From assembly GCA_965153455.1 (NCBI GenBank), contig OZ234493.1, forward strand, positions 5,208,001 through 5,272,000: DNA of 64,000 nucleotides, written 5' to 3'. Numbering within the stretch: position 1 is the stretch's first letter; the number at the start of each line of letters is the position of its first letter. Source of the stretch: Sphagnum compactum (lineage: Eukaryota). Under the pieces are notes generated by a model. It had not been told where the DNA came from and made no database searches. It saw only the letters and a program-made list of their open reading frames with translations. Below, piece after piece: positions 54,620-64,000 of the stretch. The position numbers were made by a program, and so were the translations under genes.

Positions 54620-55439
54620 TGACGCGCTCCTTGGTCCCGAGGTGAACCCACTTGAGGGTTCACCAATGTGAAGTTGCGGAAAGTGGGGACCGAAGGGCAC
54701 GCTCCCGACTTCCAACTCTAGAAAGGGGTAGAGGGTCGAGTTGGAAGCCCCGAGATTAGACTAGGAAGATGGACTAGTAGATCAAGCACGAATCTGCATC
54801 CAAAACCAACCACAAATGGGTTAGTTCACATTCGGGAACACCCTTGGGTGTTGGGACAAGCCACGGGCACTTTGGATTACTTGACTCACCACGGCCCGGA
54901 CTTGGGGGAAGCCACCACCTTCCCCCTTATAGTTATCTCTGTAGCTCATCACGGAGGTTACATCCAAATGGCACATTTTGTTGGGACTCCCGAAATGGAG
55001 TCCCGAAACTGTCCTGGCGGGACTCTTGGGACTTTGAACGGTCATAACTCCCGATTCTAAAGTCCGATCGCGACAAGGTCTAAATCAAAGTTGTAGCCCT
55101 CGTCGAGATCTTTCCAACGCCATGTCGCACTCCCTAAGGCGACGTCGGGAAAGGGTCGATTCCCGACTTTTAGTGGTCGAGAGTCAAACTGCCAGTTTGA
55201 CTCCCGGCCCTTCTTTTGCCCATAACTTGGGCTTCAGATGTCCAAATGGTCAATGCGAGGCCATTTTCGATATTTACGTTTCAAGACCTTTACAATGACA
55301 CCAAGAACATCCCAATGCGAGGTGTTTTGGGCCTTGCTGTCGAGCTCTGAACATTCGGGAGTCCCGGAGGACTCCAAACCTCCAACTTTTCCAAGTGTTG
55401 GGCTTCACCCCCACACTTGGACAAAGTGGGGTTGCGACA
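54620..55439. mobile_element. 820-bp solo LTR nested in the Copia integrase
   Basis: TG...CA termini, exact TSD ATGAT at 54615-54619 and 55440-55444; removing it restores AERTNMTI-MECARNM; GC-rich relative to the host element. Confidence 0.92.
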
Positions 55440-57269
55440 ATGATGGTCATATTGGTTCGTTCCGCAACTCCATTTTGTTGTGGTGTGTAAGGTGCACTTG
55501 TTTGTCGTTGGATTCCACATTCACGCAAAAAGTCATCAAACTTTTTGAACACAAATTCTCCTCTGTGGTTGGATTGCAAGGTTTTGATCTTCATGTCGGT
55601 TTGATTCTCCACCAAGGCCTTTTATGCCTTAATTTGTCAAACACTTCTCTTTTCATTTTCCAAAGGTAAACGTGATTTTTTTTCGAAAAGTCATCGATGA
55701 AAGTGACAAAGTATCATGCTCCAGCATGAGATCTGGTCTTCATCAGTCCACACACATTGTTATGCACAAGTTCCAAAAGTTTGGAAGCCCTAGTCGCTTC
55801 ATCTTTCAAAAAAGATGTCCTTTGATGTTTGCCTTCAATGCAAGCTTCACACACATGGTGCAATGGCATTTCTTTTAAAATTCATGCCATTGACCATTTT
55901 CTCCATTTTCTTAAGACTCGCCATGTTGAGGTGGCCAAATCGTTGGTGCCAAAGCGTAGTTCCATCATTCAAAGACTTTGCCACATTCGCGCTCTCCTTT
56001 CGAACATTAACGTTGAGAAGATACAAGTTCTTCTCTCTGTGTGTTTCCACCGCAATGGTTCTATGGACATCGTTCACTTTACAATGATCCTTATCAAACT
56101 CCACTTTCAAGCCCTCCGAAATGGGTTTGCTAATAGAAATGAGACTATTCTTCATTTTGGGAACATGAAGAAGTTGAGTGATGGTTATAGGCAACATTTT
56201 ACCTCCAACTTGCATTATGGCTTTGATGTTCCCTTTATCAATGGCCTCCAAAATGGTGTCATCTCTCATGTACACCTTTCGTGCAACAATGGATTCGTAA
56301 GTGGTGAACCACTCTTGTTAGATGTCATGTGTTGTGTTGCGCCAAAATCGATGATCTAATTGTACGTCGTATGATCATTAGCACCCAAGGCAGCAATAAA
56401 CATTTGTTATTGATCTTCACAAGCTTGGTTTGCCTTTGCTTTCTCATGATTCTTTTTCTTCAAACAATTCCTCACAAAGTGTCCGGGTTTGTTTCAATAA
56501 AAGCAAAGCTTTTCGTTTGCCTTATGAGTTTTGTTAAGCAATGCGGCATTTTCCATACTTTCACTTTCTTTTCTTTTGGAAACTTCATGAAGCAATGGAG
56601 CGACGATGAATTGAAGGTCAACATCGTTGGTGGACATGGACTCCAAACTTGTGACCAAGTTATCACAAGATGGGGGAAGGCTCATGAGAAGTACCATGTA
56701 CACATCTTCACCTTCAATCTTCACCTCAATGGAACGTAATTGATTCGCAAGCGCCTTCACCATGTTGATGTGCGTAAGCAAGTCTTCCCCTTCTTGCATT
56801 TTGATGGTGAAGAACCTCCTTCGAAGAAACAATTTGTTTCCGATAGTCTTGGCTTCATGGACACCGCAAAGTGTCTCCCAAGCACTTTTGACATTTTCGC
56901 AATATTGAATTTGTACAAGTTGTGCATCCGTGAGATGTTCACAAAATAATGCAAATGCCTTGGTCGCCTTTTCCTTATAATTCGTGATTTGATTTTCATC
57001 ATCAGGAATTGTTGCACTCCCATCAACAAACTTCCAAAGCCCATGTTTGGAAAGCATCATATGCATTTTGAGCTTCCAAAGGTGAAAGTTTGCACCATCA
57101 AACGTTTCCATGACTTTCAAAGACTCCATTTGGAAGGATGGCATTTTGTTGAACACAAATGTTAAAACAAACACTTTATGTTTTCCTATTCAAATGAAGT
57201 GCAAGTGGGAAGATTTCAAGTTGAAAAACTTGCTAATGTTTGAAGACCTCACTTGAAGCTTGAAGCTTT

Positions 57270-57644
57270 CAACAACTTGAAAAACCACAAAACACAAAAC
57301 TATGGCTTGCAACAACTAATAAGGCTTGAAGGTTTTATGTGCACTCAAAACCATGAAAGAAGAAAATGAAAGACTCCTCAAAACCACTCCAATATATACT
57401 ACCTCCTAACCCTAAAGTAGCCGCCACTTAACCCTAACCTAGCCACCGCCTAACCCTAACCTTAGCTACCAACAAACCCTAACCTTAGCCGCCACCAAAC
57501 CTTAATCCTAGCCATTGCCAAACCCTAAATAGCCTCCACTTCCAAACCCTAACCTAACTACTATAAGGATGTGAATACTATTCATCCTTTTGATGAATGT
57601 TTACCACGTTCATCAACATTCCCAAACAAATAGTATTTCTAACA
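57270..57644 (-). repeat. 5' LTR of the Copia element (about 100 bp shorter than the 3' LTR; PBS not found)
   Basis: Aligns by eye to 52195-52571 plus the AACAACTTGAAAA block. Confidence 0.82.
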
Positions 57645-58899
57645 CCTTCATACTTCAATTTAATGTCTGCAATAGAATATGTGCTCCAGATTGGTTGTAA
57701 AATATGAGAAGTGAATAAAATATTTTGAACCTATTATGTTTAAGTGATTATGTATGGATGTAAATTTGGTCCAACCCAGAGTAAATATATGTACAAGCTT
57801 TTCATCTTATTTGTCATTGCACAAATTTTTTGTTGTAAATCAACTTAGGGGGCTCCAACCAAACCCCTGGCAGTTGGGAAATTAGCCTAGATATGTAATA
57901 TTGTCCAGGCTAGTTAGTGGTTACAAGAAATCAAGACTAGTACTATAGACTGTTGTCCTTTGAATAAGAAATAACATGTGATTTCTGGAATCTATGTAAC
58001 TTCAAAGTTATTGAACAAGGGCCATTGCTCCATGCCACCAAGAATATGACCATCTAAAGGATTATTAAGTCTATATCCAAGGAAATACATTTTTGCATTT
58101 CCATTTCACTTCACAACAATTGTGATTGCCATTCCAATGTTTGTTAATCCTTTTCAATCATGGACAATTTGGGTTGGATATAATGTAGGAATTGTTTGAG
58201 GTATTTTGTACCATGGATTCAGATGGTTTACATTCCATCTGAATTGTGGTTTAAATTATGGGCTACAAAAACATGAAAATCACTTACTAATTCCCAATGT
58301 CCAACTAGATTTTCCTTTTATTTCCTACGTGTTACTAGCAGTAACTAAACCTCTATGATTGTCCATGTAGTTTCCATCTCTAGTCTAGTACATCTTGTTG
58401 GTAGTCCCTGTAATTTCCATGTAGTCTAAGTAGAATCCCTCCTGAGTCCCACATGTTGTTGATAGTCATTTTTACCCTATCTGTATCCATAGTGTTTTCC
58501 ATCTAGAATCCCATAGTTGCTAATGTGAGTCACTAAAACATAGCAATAGTCCATATTTTTCAATTTTCAATCATGATTGTTCCAAGAAGTCACTCAAACC
58601 TTGGATTATGGGAATTTATCAAACTTTTCCAAATTTCTAGTGTATGGATTCTTGCACTATCATACATTTTTTGTCATTTAGAGAATGTTTTCTTTGGTTC
58701 TTAACTCGTTTTCTTCATGCAAAAGACATATTTAGACTATTAACAATCATTGAAAGCAGGCCCATGTTAGAAATGCCCAACTCCTATACACTGCCAACAA
58801 TGACCATGCTAAAAAATTTGGAAAGTACTTTGCCATGAATTGAGTGGCATGCTGGAAAACACAAATAAAGAGATGTGTAGACCTTGAAATACAAACCCT

Positions 58900-61800
58900 A
58901 GAAGAAAGGATTTGTATCATGCAAATGGTTCTAAATTATACCTGGCACATTCAAACAATAAGGGGTTGGAACATAGTGTTGTGAAGAGGACCTCATGTCC
59001 TATGTCATATACACATACACACCCCACTTAATGGAAACCACTTAATAATGCTTGCTCAAAAACCTGCAATAATGCCCCATTAGTTCAAAACCAAAGAAGG
59101 CTCAATTATAGTACAAATCTATGAACTACATTCTCCAATGAGCCATGAGATGAACAAACCAGATAGTGCTGAAGCAAATCACCCTTCACAGGTGTCTATT
59201 TGAACTTCATAAGGTTTAGTTGTGAGCCGCACATCTGCACGACCTAATATCACCTACATTCAAGAGAATAAGTGCATACCTCTTTGACTGGCTTCCACCA
59301 TGCAAATCAACAAGGCTTGTTCAAACTTTCGATAATGTAGTACCCATCTTGAGAATGCATATTTTGTAGGTAGTTAACACAATGAATTGTGTTGCTTTTA
59401 TTTGGTCCTAACTATTGAGGGTTGTTCACGAGGTGTTAATGTTATTGGTTTGAACTTGTCACAAGGGGCAGAACTATTACGTGATGAATTGCTCATTGAA
59501 ACTAATGCAGTCCAACTAATCAGATCTCACATTGTGTTGAATTATGCAGGCAACAACACTTCTATGATCTGACCATTACTAGGAATGTCTCAATAAATCA
59601 CAATTGTGCCAATTTGCACCATAATAAATCCATGGAATTTGCTAGAATCAATGTTTTAGAAAACTATTGTGTTTTTTTATACATAAATAACTTTGCTAAG
59701 TATAAAATCCATTCCATTAAAATAACACAATCATGTAAGGAATTTTGCAACACTAAAATGATATAATGTGAAATTTCATATAGTTGATTCTTTTGTGAAT
59801 GAATGGTCTTGTTGTGAAATGCCCACAATTGACTGTGTTTGATTTTTGTTGTTTAATACATCCACACATTGATGGACAATACCAAAGCGCTATGTTTATG
59901 AACCACTTGTTCTATGATCACGAATTTGAGGGTCTTTCTTGAAAATGAACAAACAATGTACTTACCATCTTCCATCTAAAATTTGTCATCTTTATTTTTT
60001 GTCTACAAATGCTTCAAATGCAGGTTGGTTTGTCATGAATGTTCACAAGACTTCTTAGTTGGTGCACATGTGTTCAAAGATTGATCCCATGTCTTGTAAC
60101 CATATCATGAAGCACCAAAGAATTTCAAGGGACAAATGTGCTTGTGATAGAAGAGATATATACAAATGTTCATGATTTTGTGCGAGAGGTTTCGATCACT
60201 CAAACTATCTCCAAACATGACCAACTTGAAAAGTGCATCTAGTGGTGGACAAATGTGCCTAATTTGACAAAGAAGAGATATCACTGTCCAAGATCTACTC
60301 ACAAATTTTTTAGTATGAGAAGTGTTTTTCACCTCTGATCCTTTTCATAGTTGACAGCTTGAGCTCCTCATATAATGATTCATCTGTAATTGGAGGAATG
60401 GCTTGCTGCTACTACACTAAATGAGAACAAACACTTGGTTAAACATGGTAGATAATATTAAACACTTCTTCAAATTCCATTTCATTGCCCCTACTTACAA
60501 GGATTGGATAGTAGGATTCCACAACCAAACAATAGGAGTAATTGAAATCCAACTTAGATTCAGAATTTTGTCTAGGATCTAGATCCCAAGAATAAATTGT
60601 GTTTAGTGCAATTAAATCACAAAACCAATTCAACTCGCAAAAATGAACTACAAAAATATTTTCCTTGAAATTGGACATCGTTCCTTATTGTGATGAACTA
60701 TGCTTAGCTGGCCCTTTGCTAAAGGTATCAATTATTGACCTTATGACTTCTGAATCTAAAGTTTCTTTTCCTATTGGTGTAATTTAAAATGTAAAGCAAT
60801 GAATTTTGGATGTATCAATTTTTCCTTTTAGTTGTAGCAGGCAATCATTCATGATTGTAAAAGTATGGAAAATAAGGATGCTCACTCTACAAACTGATAT
60901 AACATTGAAAGGATGCATAGAAAATGTCAAGTGCATGAATGGGGTTTTCAAAAAGTTTCAGTTATTTGTAACCTCTGCCATATTAATTGTGGAAATAGTT
61001 TTGACAAAATATCTGTTGTTTCAGGATGAAACTTCCTCACAAATAGAAAGTAAGGTCGGTGTTCCCCATTCCATAAACATGGAACTATAGTTTTTTTTGC
61101 ATGTTAGCACTCATTTCACAACACATGAAACTTTGTCAAAAAAACATCCATAGGAGGATAGTTCAAAGATCTTGACAATTCATTTGTGGGTCTCAATAGG
61201 AGGTTGAGTTAAGGTATTTTAAGAAAATGACCTTCAACCCAATGTTTGTGACTAAAGTTTGTGCAACTTTCAAGAATTTACAAGAGTTGGTGCTCTAAAA
61301 CTACTTTCATGTTGAGGTTTTGCATGAATAGTGCAATTTGCACACCCTACCAATGGTTTACCACATCAACCAATTGTTGAAAGCTCTTTTTAAAATACTT
61401 GCATGAGGTTTTTCACCTACTTAGAACCCATTCATGTGCACAACTAAATGCAATCACAAGTAAGTGTCGAATGATTAACACCTTGATCAGTGACCAATCT
61501 AATTTAGCTTTCCCACTACTTGTGCATTCTAGTTTCAAAAAATTGGTCACAATGTCATAAACAAGTATAGGATACTGATATCATCACCTATGTGTAGAAG
61601 CAAGCAAAGTTAACCTACTTATTTTTCCATCATTGTTGACATGGACATGATAGTTAATTGCCTGCAAAAATTCCATAGTTTGTATCTTGAAATTTGTATC
61701 ACCACACTTCATTCAGAAGATTGAAACAAACTTGTAATGATAGCTTTGTATGCAACAATTGTGCTATGAATATGATCCATTGAACTTTTTGAGCATCCAA

Positions 61801-63500
61801 TCAAAGAAGTAGACTTTAATATTTAAGAGGAGATTATGTTAAGTAGGCATGACATTCGCCTACACACATCACAACAGTGACGCAAGCACTAAACAACTCT
61901 AATGCAAGTTTCCAACGAAACTCAACTCCACACTTGACCTGCTCAACTCCAACATATTTTACCCTACTAGAATCTTATATGTAACCTTGGTATAAAAATA
62001 TCAATACAAGTGACACCATGAGGAACATACCTTCTAAGGGTTTTGAGTTCGTATTATAAGAAGCCCTGTTGACAACACTAGGAGCCCCATTCTCTTGTTG
62101 TTTCTCCTGTTCCTTTCTATTCTTTGTGGACTCTTCATGGAACTCGAGGACTCGTTCGTTATCAAGCACCACCCAACAACCACTACTATTTAGGTGGAAT
62201 AGACCAAACGAATTTCATGTATCCAAGGTATGGCATTACCCAATTTCATATGGTAATGTGTATGTCAAGAAGCTAGAGGTTGTAGAACTTTGTTTGACAA
62301 AATGTTTTTTTCCTTTCACAACAAACAGTGCAATTGACCAATTCAACTGGCAATTTACCCATCTTGAAGAGCATTATGGCAAGGGTGGGGAATATAATCG
62401 TGCTTTTGAGTGACAACATGCTTTTCTACCAAGGTGAGGCATATTCGATACTCATTAATCAGTTTACTTGTGCAACACCATTTTACAAAAGCAAAAACTA
62501 AAATAAGAGGTTGTAGACCATATGTGTGTACTCACTCAATTGAAGGTCTAACATTTGACATTATTAGCTCTCATGATCTAATCACATAATATAGATGTTG
62601 TGACTTGTTCATTACAACAAAAGGTGTCCTTGTACGTTAAGTGATTTCACTGGGCAAATAAATTATGGACATACTTCATAGTAGATGAGCTCCCCGACAT
62701 CTTCCTTGTTGATCCTTTATCTTTCAAATTCAAATTCCATTTTAGTTAAAGGTTCTTGGTCAACTTTTGCAAGTCCTTTGAAATAAGGATCTGCCAAAGC
62801 CTGCACAAGACATGTAACAAACTTATTATAGAGTGTACTTACAATGAAGCCCCTAAGAAAATGCCAGATTTAGATTATTGTTCCATACTAGATTCAGATT
62901 TTATAATCCATAGTGCAGAGTGCAAAATTCTCACGTCTAAAGTTTGGTGATCATCTATCTAGCTACCTCTTCTATTGTAAACCGGTCTTTTGGGTCAAAT
63001 GTAAGCAATCTTTCCAAAATTCAAACTCCCAGAGGGTTTGCATTGGCAAAAATATTCCTAATAGACTAATGGCTTCAGCAAATGCACATAGAATAATTCT
63101 AGTGCTTAAAATAGGCAAAGATCATTACCAGCTTCAATCAATCAAGTCAAATTTTCAGAGATTAAGAGCCCAAATCTTCTTTTAGAACCCTAACAACAAC
63201 ATAAACTTAATATGAACATAAAATAGTCACTCAAATAATGATGAAAATTCTTGGAAATTCCACAACCAACACCTCATGACATGTTGATATCATGGAAATG
63301 GAAATGTCTAACGGTTTGTGCATAAGCATCATCAGTACATCAAAAAAAGTTCAGAGGCATGGATTTACATAACCCCAAACCCTAATTTCAAACCTAATCA
63401 ATCCCTCTGAGTAAAATCCTATTTGACAAGGGACCCGTGGGACTCCACAACCACTAATCTAATCTAAATTTTAAAATGCGTAATCCTCAAAAGGGGATCA
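58900..63500 (-). mobile_element. Heavily decayed coding-like region, possibly a Mutator-like transposase remnant
   Basis: Fragmentary Cys/His/Trp-containing minus-strand peptides with many stops; no intact diagnostic motif seen. Confidence 0.25.
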
Positions 63501-64000
63501 AGGGGAATAAAACAAAAACCACCTTGACATGTGCCTCATAGTTATTGGGATTGCCAGCCACTGCAACCTCCAACTGCTCCAGTTGCACACTACCTTGCCC
63601 ATCATCACTCTCGTCTTCAGAGCCGAAATCGAAAGCCTTAGAGCTAGGATCATCATTTTCATCATCCTTGTGTTGGCCCCCACTAGCAGCATGTATAGAA
63701 TGTAGTGAAACAACATTAATAAGGTCTTCCCCTGCAAGAAGGATGGATTTCAGTTATAATTGTTTGCACAATCCCAACAATGATAGTATTAACCATAGTA
63801 ACCAAGATTGCATAGCTAAAGGCCAGAGTTCAAAGAACACACTATTGTTAACTTATAAATGGACCAATTAACTTACAACTGCATAGATCGATCCATAGGA
63901 GGATTAGCAAAAATCAACTACAACGCATCAATCTTAGGTTTCCAAAAACATTGTACACATATGATAATTCCTTTCAATCAACGCAATTTGTTGTTAGTAC

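Larger units (their letters stand above)
52084..57644 (-). mobile_element. Full-length degenerate Ty1/Copia LTR retrotransposon
   Basis: Order gag (56494-57174), protease/GAG-pre-integrase, integrase (PQQNGVAER, FWAEAV, LRVFGC), RT (CKWVFKIK, YKARLVARGF, QMDVKTTFLNG, YVDD), RNase H (DADWAGD). LTRs begin TGTTAGAAATACTAT at 57644 and 52571; PPT AAAATGGGAG; exact TSD CCTTC at 52079-52083 and 57645-57649. Confidence 0.95.

Noticed and set aside
52740-56949. Plus-strand ORFs of 100-176 aa
   Set aside because: Antisense shadows of Copia gag-pol and the nested LTR.

Overview
AT-rich, transposon-dense eukaryotic (land-plant) nuclear DNA; the intron style and repeat landscape look like a moss, probably Sphagnum (inference). 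Two intact spliced genes are on the + strand. (1) A two-exon plant protein gene (~6609-8123) with a Cys-rich N-terminal patch, SILK-like (KSNLK) and RVxF-like (KVQW) PP1-docking motifs and a C-terminal CaaX box (CVIQ). Its reading frame contains no ATG at all and follows a chain of overlapping uORFs, making it a strong non-AUG (ACG) initiation candidate. (2) A five-exon Lunapark (ER three-way-junction) gene (34302-36574). A possible spliced non-coding or small-ORF transcript runs divergently from Lunapark. The rest is mostly TE debris: a full-length degenerate Ty1/Copia element with TSD (52084-57644) carrying a nested solo LTR in its integrase, Ty3/Gypsy gag and integrase remnants, a PIF/Harbinger transposase pseudogene, hAT- and CACTA-type MITEs with TSDs, a near-perfect foldback, intron-containing UBP12/13 (USP7-like) pseudo-exons, and tandem repeats. 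All family assignments come from motif recognition by eye, not database searches.
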